A stretch of DNA of 20,000 nt from an uncultured virus (IMG/VR IMGVR_UViG_3300029705_002947) (taxonomy: Duplodnaviria > Heunggongvirae > Uroviricota > Caudoviricetes). The notes under the pieces are model-generated. The model worked only from the letters and a program-made list of their open reading frames with translations, was not told the origin of the DNA and ran no database searches. The stretch lies in IMG/VR virus record IMGVR_UViG_3300029705_002947. One strand, given 5' to 3'. Made by a program: the position numbers and the translations under genes. Shown here piece after piece: positions 7,482 through 16,323 of the stretch (the stretch's first letter is position 1; each line of letters begins with the position of its first letter).

Positions 7482-8914
7482 TAATAATCAACCTCACTTA
7501 TACTATAACATTTTTCTTTAAATACTTTTAATCTCTTCTTATACATATCTTTTACTTTAGGAAACCCTATATCTATAAGTTCTATGTGGTACGTATATTG
7601 TTCAGGTATTTCTCTTAATCTACCACATACTTGATTTGCTGTTATTGTAGCATTATAAGGTTCTAACATTATGTTATATCTTAAACCAGGAACATCAAAT
7701 CCTGTACCACAACTCTGTGGAGTTGAACTTATTATATCCCATGTTTTTACTCCTTCTTTATCAGCTTTAGATATTTTAGAATGATATATTCCAACATCTT
7801 TACTAGGATACCATTCAACTATTTTATCCTTAAGAATATCGGCACTTTCTATCTTAGAACTTAATACTAATGCTTTACCTTCTAATTTACCAAAGGTATC
7901 CATGACATATTTAACGACTTCAAATATCATCCCATTATTCAATTGGTAATCCATATACGCATGTCTATTGAATCCCATTTTAGTTTTTATTGACATCTGA
8001 TCTTCTAATGTTGGTTTGCTATTAAATAAAACTGCAACGTATTTAATATGTTTTCTTTTCTCTCCTCTTGTTTCATAACCATATTTAGCTATATTTTTAA
8101 AACATAAATGGAATACTCTATCCTCACCTATATCAGTTCTTTCAAATGTAGCAGTTAAATAAAATGTTTTATATACATTCGTATTTAAATCTACATTCAT
8201 AATCGATTTAAAATGTAAATGTGCTTCATCAAATACCTTTATACCAACATTTATTATTTCAAAGAATCTATTTAATGAATCCCATCCATACTTCTTAGCA
8301 TATGCTTGTATTGTACCATGATTCACTAAATACATATCATATCCTTTAGAATCTTCATCAAACATATCATCCATTTTTTTCGTACCTGATAAATCACAAA
8401 TTCTTCTCGGGTCTATATTCGTAAACTTTATTAAAGATTTCTTCCACTGATCTTTTATATTTTCTGTATGTGTTATTATAATTGCTTTTGTTTGGAGCAT
8501 ACAAAGTGATGCTATAACACAATACGTTTTACCATCGCCTGTATCTAAATTTAATGATAACTGTGAATAATCTTTAGTATATTTAAATTTACCATTTCCC
8601 GTTAAAAATGCTAGAGACTTAATTTGAATATCGTCTCTAGGTTCCATTTTTAACTTAAGATTTATCTTTTCGTATTTATTGTAATTTTTGTCAACATGTA
8701 CTGGACATTTTAGTTTCTTTTCTAGGAAATCGATATCTATACCCCTTGGTACTGATAATATCTCTTTTTCTTCATTATATTGTAAACCCCTAGGTTCCAT
8801 TCTAAAATATACTTGATTCCATACACATAAACTATTTTCTAATTCTTCACAATCACCTATTTTATAATCATGTATATCTATTCTTGTATTATATAAAACT
8901 ATCTTACTAGCCAT
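7481..8914 (-). CDS. Superfamily 2 DExH helicase (UvsW/Rad25-like, jumbo-phage type)
   Basis: Walker A LDTGDGKT, Walker B VFDEAH, motif III LTAT, motif V GTGFDVP, motif VI QVCGRLR. Confidence 0.9.
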   Translation of the reverse strand: MASKIVLYNTRIDIHDYKIGDCEELENSLCVWNQVYFRMEPRGLQYNEEKEILSVPRGIDIDFLEKKLKCPVHVDKNYNKYEKINLKLKMEPRDDIQIKSLAFLTGNGKFKYTKDYSQLSLNLDTGDGKTYCVIASLCMLQTKAIIITHTENIKDQWKKSLIKFTNIDPRRICDLSGTKKMDDMFDEDSKGYDMYLVNHGTIQAYAKKYGWDSLNRFFEIINVGIKVFDEAHLHFKSIMNVDLNTNVYKTFYLTATFERTDIGEDRVFHLCFKNIAKYGYETRGEKRKHIKYVAVLFNSKPTLEDQMSIKTKMGFNRHAYMDYQLNNGMIFEVVKYVMDTFGKLEGKALVLSSKIESADILKDKIVEWYPSKDVGIYHSKISKADKEGVKTWDIISSTPQSCGTGFDVPGLRYNIMLEPYNATITANQVCGRLREIPEQYTYHIELIDIGFPKVKDMYKKRLKVFKEKCYSISEVDY

Positions 8915-8916
8915 AT

Positions 8917-9261
8917 CTATCTCCCTTCTTTTCCAAATATTCCATCTCCTATTACATCTTCAAGTTTTCCTATATATTCAAATTTACCACCTATATAATT
9001 TAATACGTACAACTGATCTCTAAATACAGCTATGCACATACTATACGTGTCTTTTACATCGAATCTGCAAACTACACCTACTTCATTATAAGCGTCCATT
9101 TCTTCAGGAGTTAAGAATAACATATTCTTACCAGTTATTTCTTTAAATAACTCTGTATTCTTATTAAGTTCTTCTTCCTTAAATTTTCGCATTTCATCTG
9201 CTAATTGTTCTTTTAGTTTTTTATCTCGTTTAGCTTCAAAATCAATAAGATTATCTTTCAT
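8917..9261 (-). CDS. Hypothetical protein (114 aa)
   Basis: ORF with AAGGAG RBS; ends 2 nt before the helicase start. Confidence 0.8.
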   Translation of the reverse strand: MKDNLIDFEAKRDKKLKEQLADEMRKFKEEELNKNTELFKEITGKNMLFLTPEEMDAYNEVGVVCRFDVKDTYSMCIAVFRDQLYVLNYIGGKFEYIGKLEDVIGDGIFGKEGR

Positions 9262-9280
9262 CTTACCAACTCCTTTAAAA

Positions 9281-9316
9281 AATATAAGGTATTACACTAT
9301 TGTAATACCTTATATT
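9281..9316 (-). terminator. Intra-operon hairpin/terminator
   Basis: 16-bp perfect stem AATATAAGGTATTACA/TGTAATACCTTATATT, 4-nt loop, T-run on the minus strand. Confidence 0.7.
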
Positions 9317-9321
9317 AAATA

Positions 9322-9597
9322 CTATAACATTAATTTTATTTCTCTTGCAATTAATATACAGGGAACTATATTAGGTGCTTTATTAAACCAGATTTCGAAT
9401 ATATAATGTATCTTTTGTGCTAATATATCTAATTTAACTTCGTAATCTTGTTGTTCTAAATACCTTACTATAGTTCTAGCTTCAGGACCATATTCATCAT
9501 ACGGTCTGTTCTTTTCTTCAATTAATCCCATCATATCGTAATCAGCTAATAACACTGTTACCATAAATTCTAGCATTTCCTTGTTTCTTTCGTCCAT
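9322..9597 (-). CDS. Small helical protein, YugE/DUF1871-like
   Basis: YDMMGL..PYDEYGPEARTI..LAQKIHYIFEIWF resembles the DUF1871 pattern; AGGAG RBS. Confidence 0.7.
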   Translation of the reverse strand: MDERNKEMLEFMVTVLLADYDMMGLIEEKNRPYDEYGPEARTIVRYLEQQDYEVKLDILAQKIHYIFEIWFNKAPNIVPCILIAREIKLML

Positions 9598-9607
9598 AAT
9601 TTATCTC

Positions 9608-11662
9608 CTATTCTACATCAGCTAGAGATTTCATAAACATTAAATCTAATGGTGAATGTTTATGCTTCTTAAATGTTGTATGTGTATATAGTTGAGATTT
9701 TAGATAATCGTATGCTAAACTATTTGTTATAGATGGATTATCTGCTAATGATGCGTGCATACCTAATACAACATAATCTACAAATAATTTATTGAAATTA
9801 GGTCTTTCTAAATAATTATTAGCATCTCTAACAAATGATCTTAATATTGTTGCTGCATGTATTGATAATACACTGATTTTAGATTCTATTAATAATTCTA
9901 TAAATCTTTGTTCCATCATATCTAATGTTGGATTCATTCCTTTGAAATAAGATCCACTTAGAAGTTTATCCATTTCTTTTAATGGTTTAGTTAATTCGTT
10001 GTTCTCTATGTTTATTGTGAATAATGTTTCTTCAGATAATCTGCTAAACGGTATTAATATAACTCCATCTTCATCAGATTCTGTTTTCTTAATTATAGCA
10101 TCTAAATCTGGATGTATAAATAATTCTTTTCCATCGTTTTCAACTATCTCATAATATTCATCATGATTCTTAATGTTTCTCACTTTAACAAATTGTACAA
10201 ATTTATTAAAATCTGCATTGTCTAATAATTCATCAATTTGTATTATATTATCAAATACCATTTCATATTGACTTAAATCAACATCAGTTTCATTATCACT
10301 TAACATTTTAACTTGGTTTGCTTCAAGTTTAAATGATTTATCAAATGCATCATTAAACTCTATAAGACAACTATTAGTTGTGTTAAGATGTTTTGTTGAT
10401 AATATATTTTGTGATAATGGTCTTGATATAATCGTTGCTGCAAATATACCAACATCCATTCCTTTATTAACTTTAGATAAAGCTCCATAACATGTTTTAC
10501 ATACTCCATCTTTACATCCACATTTACCTGGGTCTCTAACTAATATAGTTCTTCCTATTAAATGTGTATCAGATTTCTTTAATAATTTAAACTCTCTCAT
10601 ACCTGGTAATCTATAATATCTTCCAACACACATTTCTAAGAATTTACTATCATTAATTGTTAATTTAACTGTATGTGGTGTATGACAATCTTCTGTTTCA
10701 CTGATATAAGTTCCAACACAAGATAATTTCATTAATAACGCCATATGTCCTGAACTACCCATTTTCTCTTTATTAGCTATTAATGATTTTCTTGAAGCTC
10801 CAGCATCTATAAAATAGTTTGTTATGTTACTAAAACCTCCAACTATTAAGTTACTATTGATAGGTATTGGAATTGTGTTACCTAATAGGTCTGATTTTAA
10901 TCCTCCGTTAATTGAGAACTCTCTAAGTTGTTCTTCTTTAATTGCTCCACCTGCTATTAACATTGGTTGGAAACAGTTTGGAGTTTCTTTTAATATCTCA
11001 ACTTCTTCTTTCATTAATTTATTAAGATGATTTTCTATATCTTTTGGTTGCATATCTTCTGGTATCTTAGTTCTTATTAATTCATTAAATCTTTTATTTT
11101 CTTTTGCAACTTTTATAAAACTATTCTCAAGATTTATTGTTATTCCCATAAGACTATTAAAATCTTTTGGTATCTTGTTTAATCTGTAGATTATATCATG
11201 TAATACTATATTCAATTCCATAAAACCTTCTTCAGTTTCTGTAAATTGATCTTTAAATGGAATTATTATTTTTTCATCTATATACTGTTTGATATACTTA
11301 TTAGAAATCTTTCTAGCATCAAATAAATATGTTATATCTAATTCTACTTCAACTTCTAATTCTACAAATGCTCTTAAGAATATCATATTTATTAATAAAT
11401 GTCTAATTTCCATTTCAACATAATGTTCATTGTTTTTATCAAATGTTACTTTTACTGGAAATTTTCTTATAGCTTCTATCTCAAATCCTTCTTCTAATAT
11501 ATAATATATATGTCCGTACATTGTTTTAAACTCATCATAATCGGATATGATTTTGTTTAAATCGAATATTTTATCTCCACCATAAATTTCTTCTACTTCA
11601 TTTAAAATTTGATTTTCAAATTCAATATATTTATTTAAATCAAAATTAAAATTATTATTCAT
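9608..11662 (-). CDS. rpoC: DNA-directed RNA polymerase beta-prime subunit, C-terminal half (split jumbo-phage RNAP; probably the non-virion enzyme, phiKZ gp74/AR9 gp154-like)
   Basis: Bridge-helix-like KEKMGSSGHMALLM, EDC, Zn-binding KCGC..VCKTCYG, trigger-loop-like VGIFAATIISRPLSQNILSTKH; no NADFDGD motif. GGAGG is 9 nt from ATG 11662 but only 3 nt from the track's 11668. Confidence 0.88.
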   Translation of the reverse strand: MNNNFNFDLNKYIEFENQILNEVEEIYGGDKIFDLNKIISDYDEFKTMYGHIYYILEEGFEIEAIRKFPVKVTFDKNNEHYVEMEIRHLLINMIFLRAFVELEVEVELDITYLFDARKISNKYIKQYIDEKIIIPFKDQFTETEEGFMELNIVLHDIIYRLNKIPKDFNSLMGITINLENSFIKVAKENKRFNELIRTKIPEDMQPKDIENHLNKLMKEEVEILKETPNCFQPMLIAGGAIKEEQLREFSINGGLKSDLLGNTIPIPINSNLIVGGFSNITNYFIDAGASRKSLIANKEKMGSSGHMALLMKLSCVGTYISETEDCHTPHTVKLTINDSKFLEMCVGRYYRLPGMREFKLLKKSDTHLIGRTILVRDPGKCGCKDGVCKTCYGALSKVNKGMDVGIFAATIISRPLSQNILSTKHLNTTNSCLIEFNDAFDKSFKLEANQVKMLSDNETDVDLSQYEMVFDNIIQIDELLDNADFNKFVQFVKVRNIKNHDEYYEIVENDGKELFIHPDLDAIIKKTESDEDGVILIPFSRLSEETLFTINIENNELTKPLKEMDKLLSGSYFKGMNPTLDMMEQRFIELLIESKISVLSIHAATILRSFVRDANNYLERPNFNKLFVDYVVLGMHASLADNPSITNSLAYDYLKSQLYTHTTFKKHKHSPLDLMFMKSLADVE

Positions 11663-11708
11663 AGACATTTACCTCCTATTAATATATATTTATTGTTATT
11701 GCTTAATT

Positions 11709-11746
11709 AATATTTCATTAATGATTTAAATCATTAATGAAATATT
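11709..11746. repeat. Perfect 38-bp palindrome in the beta-prime leader
   Basis: AATATTTCATTAATGATTTAAATCATTAATGAAATATT equals its reverse complement and contains two TCATTAATGA palindromic units. Confidence 0.9.
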
Positions 11747-11785
11747 CACTTTTATAATATATAATTGAAATTTAACCTTTTTACA
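11744..11785 (-). promoter_or_regulatory. Early-type phage promoter, copy 1
   Basis: Minus strand TGTAAAAAGGTTAAATTTCAATTATATATTATAAAAGTGAAT; 36/42 identical without gaps to 18120-18161; contains TATATTAT. Confidence 0.75.
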
Positions 11786-11947
11786 CAGCAAAAATAAACG
11801 TAACTTCCCAACCATATTTTTATTTTAACAACTTCTTCACTCACCTCTTAAGGAGGTTCGTTTTATTCTTAATGCTGCTATCGCATTAAGAAGTTGTTGG
11901 TATGTTGATAAATTATAATAAGGTTTTTATAAAATTTAATTTAGTAT

Positions 11948-11959
11948 AACAAATTAGTA
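11948..11959 (+). promoter_or_regulatory. Late-type phage promoter AACA-N6-TA
   Basis: AACA-AATTAG-TA; followed by a structured non-coding unit and terminator. Confidence 0.6.
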
Positions 11960-12069
11960 AGTAAAATGATGGTATCGGAATCATCATATTACTTGAAACA
12001 TAAACATCTTACCTCTTATTGTTATTGTTTTGACATATACCCTATGCCTATGATTGGCATAGGGGTTTT
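11959..12069 (+). ncRNA. Candidate small RNA (~110 nt) with anti-Shine-Dalgarno loop
   Basis: Promoter, 5' hairpin, middle hairpin with loop UCUUACCUCUUAU, terminator CCCUAUGCC/GGCAUAGGG-GUUUU; no RBS-supported ORF on the plus strand. Confidence 0.6.
12040..12069 (+). terminator. Intrinsic terminator of the candidate sRNA
   Basis: 9-bp GC-rich stem CCCTATGCC/GGCATAGGG, 7-nt loop, GTTTT tail. Confidence 0.65.
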
Positions 12070-12092
12070 AACCGTCGATTTTTCAAGGCAAA

Positions 12093-12104
12093 AACAATTT
12101 TGTA
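12093..12104 (+). promoter_or_regulatory. Late-type phage promoter AACA-N6-TA for the beta gene
   Basis: AACA-ATTTTG-TA-AGTGAATAAA, near-identical to the 2782 promoter context. Confidence 0.7.
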
Positions 12105-12141
12105 AGTGAATAAAGAGTAAATAACGAAAGGGTGAGATTTA

Positions 12142-15100
12142 ATGATTACTAGTAATAAATTACCATTATTAAAAAGAACTAGATTAAGACCTGTTATACA
12201 ATATGACCAAAAGAATAAAAGATATGGTTCATTAGTTATAATGAATACAATGGATACTAAAAACTTAAAACTTAAATTAGGTACTATTAATCTAGAATAT
12301 AATAACGTGGTTACTATGTGTTATGCTAAAAGATTAGAACAAATCAAGATAAGAAGTAAGTTAGTTAGAGAAAATAGATTACAAGGACGTCAAGCTTACT
12401 ATGATCAAATACGTGCAGAATTACCTTATTTAAATGGTATAAATGAAGGTAAACTTAATATGGGATTTAACGTATTCTTTGAACTTTCGTATGCAAATAC
12501 AGCATTTAGTACTAACTCATCTATGATAACAAGAATAGTTAAACCTAAAGAGTATTGGGAATTTATCATGCGATATATAGGTGAATTACCATTAGATAAA
12601 TATCCTATGAAATCAATGATAATGAACGTTGAAGAGTTTAGTAATGATTTAGTTAATGATTTAAACAATAGGGGAGAAGCTGTAAACCCTATGACTTATT
12701 TATATATCTTAATGAAAAGAGAACCCGAAGAATTTTTTAAATTAGGTGATATAGATTTTTTAATAACTTCTAAAACAGGTTGGACATTAAGAGTTAACCC
12801 TGCTGAGTGTAAGAGAACTATGAATACTGATGCAAATAAAGCTAATATTGCAGCATTATACAGAAAAGAATTATTTAAAATGCTGAATAGAGAAGATCCT
12901 GAAGAAGGAAGTGTATCTGCTGAAATAGATTCTATATTAGCACAAAATAAAGCTGATATAAGTAAATCCTTAATAGATAAATATGTTTTTGGTGCTACTG
13001 GTGATGCAGGTGTTCCTGAAGATGTTAAAAATAAAATAGAAGCTGAAGTTGAAAAAGTTTTAGATAAAAACCAAGAAATGGATGAAAATGATGTTAAGAA
13101 AGAAATAGAAAAAGACGAAAAACTTATGAAAGAAATAGTTATGGCTAATAATAAAAATATAGCTAAAACTGCTGCATCAAACAAACGTGATGAATTACTT
13201 AGAGAAAAACAGTTAGAAATCGCTGTAAGAGGAAAGACTCTTGAAGAAATATTAAATATGAAATCAGAAGAAGTAGAAGTTCCAGTTAATGATGTATCAA
13301 GTCACGTGGATACTATAAATAAAAATGTTACTGATATAAGATACCCAAATATAGATAAAGCATACGTTGAACAACTTATGGAAAAAGACATGGTTTCAAT
13401 GTTTACTGATATGAATAATAAATCTATAAAAGTATTTGTAAGAAATATATCTGTAGAAGATACTTCTGATATATCAAACTATAAAGAAACGTGGACTATT
13501 GAACTTGAAGACGAATTAAGGGTTAGACATAAAGTAGTATTTGACGTTCCTAAAATAATAGAAGGTAGATATCTATATTTAGGAGGTAATAGAAAATATA
13601 TAAATAATCAACAACTACTTTTACCGATAGTTAAAGTTGATCCTGATACAGTTCAATTAGTTAGTAATTATAACAAGATATTCATAAGACGTTACGGAGA
13701 AAAAGTTTCTCAAACTAATGAAAAACTTAAAAAAGCTTTATCAGAAGAAATAAAAGGTATTAGAGTTCAACGTGGTAAATTCGACTCTGAGAATGAAGGT
13801 TTTGTTACAACTATAGATTATGACGATTTATCTAAATTATTTAAAGAAGTTAATATAAACGGTACTAGAATAATATTCGACCAAAAGGAAATAAGACATA
13901 TATTATTAGATAGAAACATAAAAGGTTTAGAAGGAAGATTAGATGTTGAATTACTTCCTTTAGGAATTAAAGGTAATGAATATTATTGTATAGATTTAAA
14001 ATCTGACAATGTTGTTATTATAAACGCTCAAGGTAAAACTCAATCAACAGGAAAAACATTAGTTGAATTCATATTATCATTATCTCCAGCATTAAGTGCT
14101 AAAGTTGGAGAACAATCTGCTGGTAAAAAATATATGTACAGTAGAGCAACTATAATGAGTAAACAAGTACCAATAGTTTTATTATTATGTTACTTTGAAG
14201 GTATAGATGGATTCTTAAAAAGAGCGGACATAAAACACTATTTCTCAGATACTAGACCAAGATTAGCACCTGATGAAAACTGTATACAATTCCAAGATGG
14301 TTATTTAATATATACAAATAAACCTATAGCAACATCATTATTAATGAATGGGTTTATAGATATACCAACTAAAAATTATAATTACAGTGATTTAAATGAT
14401 AAGTTTGTTTATCAATCAATGTTTGAAACTATGTTTGGTAGAAGAAATATAGCAAATGCATTTGATAACTTCCAAGATAACTTTATAGATCCAATGACAT
14501 TGGATGTGTTAAAGAGATTAAATTTACCAACAGATTTAACTGGTATGGTATTATATGGAAATGAGTTATTAGCAGATAATCAATATACACATGAAATAAC
14601 TGTATCTAGAATAAGATGTGCTGAAGTTGTAAATGCTATAGTTTATAAAAACGTTGCAAGTGCTTATGAAAAATATAAAGAAACTGCAAACTTTAATAAC
14701 CCTACTAAGATAAGTATAGAACGTGGAGCTATAATCAAAGATATAATGAAACAACAAACAGTAGAAGATTATTCGGAACTTAATCCTATATATGAACAAC
14801 AAAACTTAAGAAAATGCTTAAGAAAAGGTCCTAGTGGATGTAACTTAGCACAAGCTTATACAGAAGAACAAAGATCTTACCATCCTGGTATGGCTGGTGT
14901 ATTCACATTATCTTCTTCTCCTGATGCTAACGTTGGTGTTAATAGATTCCTTACATTAGAACCACCTATAACAGATCCTCGTGGATTTATAGACAATAAA
15001 GCTTTACAAGGTAAAGTTACAGAATATAATGACGCAAACTTATTCGGTGTTGCTGAGCTATTAACTCCAGGTTGTGCATCTGGGGATGACAGTGTTAGAA

Positions 15101-16284
15101 CTACAATGTCATGTAGACAATCAACTCACTGTGTTGCTGTTGCTAAATCTTCTCCAGTTTTAGTATCAAATGGTGCAGAAAGAGTTATGCCTTATCATTG
15201 TACTAAAGACTGGGTATTTGTTGCTAAAGACAATGGTGAAGTAAAAGAATATGATGAAAAATTAGGTTTATTAATAGTTGAATATAAAAATGGGGAACAT
15301 GATGCTATAGATATAAACCGTATAGCTAAGAATGGTGCTGGTGGATTTAATATATCTAAACATATGGCTGTCAATGTTAAGAAAGGTGATAAATTTAAAA
15401 AGAATGATATATTAGCATATGAAGATAAATTCTTTAGTGAGAACTCAGCGTTTGGTAATAGATTTAATGTTGGTTCATTACAAAAAGTTGCATTATTATC
15501 TTCTTCATTAACTTATGAAGATAGTTCTTATATAAGTAAAAAACTTTCTAGAGAAATGGCTACTGAAGTAGTTATGCAAAAACAAGCGGTACTTGGACCT
15601 AACACAACTGTTGACTATATGGTTAAAATAGGTGATAAGGTTCAAAATGGAGACGAACTAATAAGATTTGAGAAGTCATTCAGTGAAGATGTAATCAACC
15701 AATTATTATTTAATGTTGGTGATGAATTCAAGGAAGAAATTATAATGAGTGGTAAAGAAAAAATAAAATCTAAATATTCAGGTGTTATAGAAGATATAAA
15801 AGTTTTCTGTACAGTTGAACTAGATGAACTTTCTCCGTCATTAAGACAAATAGTAAATCAATATTATAGTAAAATAAAGGCAAGAAAAAAATTATTAGAA
15901 AAATATGATGATAATGGTTCTGTAGTTAAATGTAATATGTTATTCAACGAACCAACAGGTAAAGTAGAAGCTAAAGATGGTAAATTTAGAGGTGCTATAG
16001 TTAACGAAGGTGTGTTAATAGAATTCTACATTAAAATACATGATGAAGTTGGTGTAGGAGATAAAATAGTTTTCTTTAGTGCATTAAAAAGTATCGTTGG
16101 TAGTATAATACCTGAAGGACAAGAAGCTTATACATTATTTAGACCAGATGAAGGAATAGATGCTGTTCTAAGTTGTAACTCATTAATAGCAAGGGGTGTT
16201 ACATCTGCTCCTAAAATGATAATGGCTAATAAATTATTAGTTGAGTTAAGTAGATCGTTGGAAGAAATTTATAAAAGAAAATAA
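12142..16284 (+). CDS. rpoB: DNA-directed RNA polymerase beta subunit (large fragment of a split jumbo-phage RNAP; probably the virion enzyme, phiKZ gp178-like)
   Basis: Diverged RpoB motifs: KGPSG, RSYHPGMAG, SSPDANVGVN, DDSVRTTMSCRQSTHCV, YEDSSYIS, VGDKIVFFSALKSIV, IDAVLSCNSLIAR. Long N-terminal extension; ends before the normal RpoB C-terminus. Confidence 0.92.
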   Translation: MITSNKLPLLKRTRLRPVIQYDQKNKRYGSLVIMNTMDTKNLKLKLGTINLEYNNVVTMCYAKRLEQIKIRSKLVRENRLQGRQAYYDQIRAELPYLNGINEGKLNMGFNVFFELSYANTAFSTNSSMITRIVKPKEYWEFIMRYIGELPLDKYPMKSMIMNVEEFSNDLVNDLNNRGEAVNPMTYLYILMKREPEEFFKLGDIDFLITSKTGWTLRVNPAECKRTMNTDANKANIAALYRKELFKMLNREDPEEGSVSAEIDSILAQNKADISKSLIDKYVFGATGDAGVPEDVKNKIEAEVEKVLDKNQEMDENDVKKEIEKDEKLMKEIVMANNKNIAKTAASNKRDELLREKQLEIAVRGKTLEEILNMKSEEVEVPVNDVSSHVDTINKNVTDIRYPNIDKAYVEQLMEKDMVSMFTDMNNKSIKVFVRNISVEDTSDISNYKETWTIELEDELRVRHKVVFDVPKIIEGRYLYLGGNRKYINNQQLLLPIVKVDPDTVQLVSNYNKIFIRRYGEKVSQTNEKLKKALSEEIKGIRVQRGKFDSENEGFVTTIDYDDLSKLFKEVNINGTRIIFDQKEIRHILLDRNIKGLEGRLDVELLPLGIKGNEYYCIDLKSDNVVIINAQGKTQSTGKTLVEFILSLSPALSAKVGEQSAGKKYMYSRATIMSKQVPIVLLLCYFEGIDGFLKRADIKHYFSDTRPRLAPDENCIQFQDGYLIYTNKPIATSLLMNGFIDIPTKNYNYSDLNDKFVYQSMFETMFGRRNIANAFDNFQDNFIDPMTLDVLKRLNLPTDLTGMVLYGNELLADNQYTHEITVSRIRCAEVVNAIVYKNVASAYEKYKETANFNNPTKISIERGAIIKDIMKQQTVEDYSELNPIYEQQNLRKCLRKGPSGCNLAQAYTEEQRSYHPGMAGVFTLSSSPDANVGVNRFLTLEPPITDPRGFIDNKALQGKVTEYNDANLFGVAELLTPGCASGDDSVRTTMSCRQSTHCVAVAKSSPVLVSNGAERVMPYHCTKDWVFVAKDNGEVKEYDEKLGLLIVEYKNGEHDAIDINRIAKNGAGGFNISKHMAVNVKKGDKFKKNDILAYEDKFFSENSAFGNRFNVGSLQKVALLSSSLTYEDSSYISKKLSREMATEVVMQKQAVLGPNTTVDYMVKIGDKVQNGDELIRFEKSFSEDVINQLLFNVGDEFKEEIIMSGKEKIKSKYSGVIEDIKVFCTVELDELSPSLRQIVNQYYSKIKARKKLLEKYDDNGSVVKCNMLFNEPTGKVEAKDGKFRGAIVNEGVLIEFYIKIHDEVGVGDKIVFFSALKSIVGSIIPEGQEAYTLFRPDEGIDAVLSCNSLIARGVTSAPKMIMANKLLVELSRSLEEIYKRK

Positions 16285-16286
16285 AA

Positions 16287-16320
16287 AAAATAGAGATAAC
16301 CAAATGGTTATCTCTATTTT
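16287..16320. terminator. Bidirectional terminator between convergent genes
   Basis: AAAATAGAGATAACCA/TGGTTATCTCTATTTT inverted repeat with A/T tails on both sides. Confidence 0.85.
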
Positions 16321-16323
16321 AAT

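Noticed and set aside
10824..11030. Plus-strand 68-aa ORF
   Set aside because: Antisense within the beta-prime gene.
11984..12018. Minus-strand micro-ORF MFMFQVI with AAGAGG RBS
   Set aside because: Only 5-7 codons and no minus-strand promoter recognised; kept only as the alternative explanation for the anti-SD loop.
12426..14802. Minus-strand ORFs 12426-12668, 12696-13184 and 14569-14802
   Set aside because: Shadow ORFs antisense to the beta gene with typical reverse-frame composition.
9608..16284. Cellular rpoBC operon, or introns/inteins in the RNAP genes
   Set aside because: Genes are divergent, truncated and highly diverged; both ORFs are continuous and I saw no intein or homing-endonuclease motifs.
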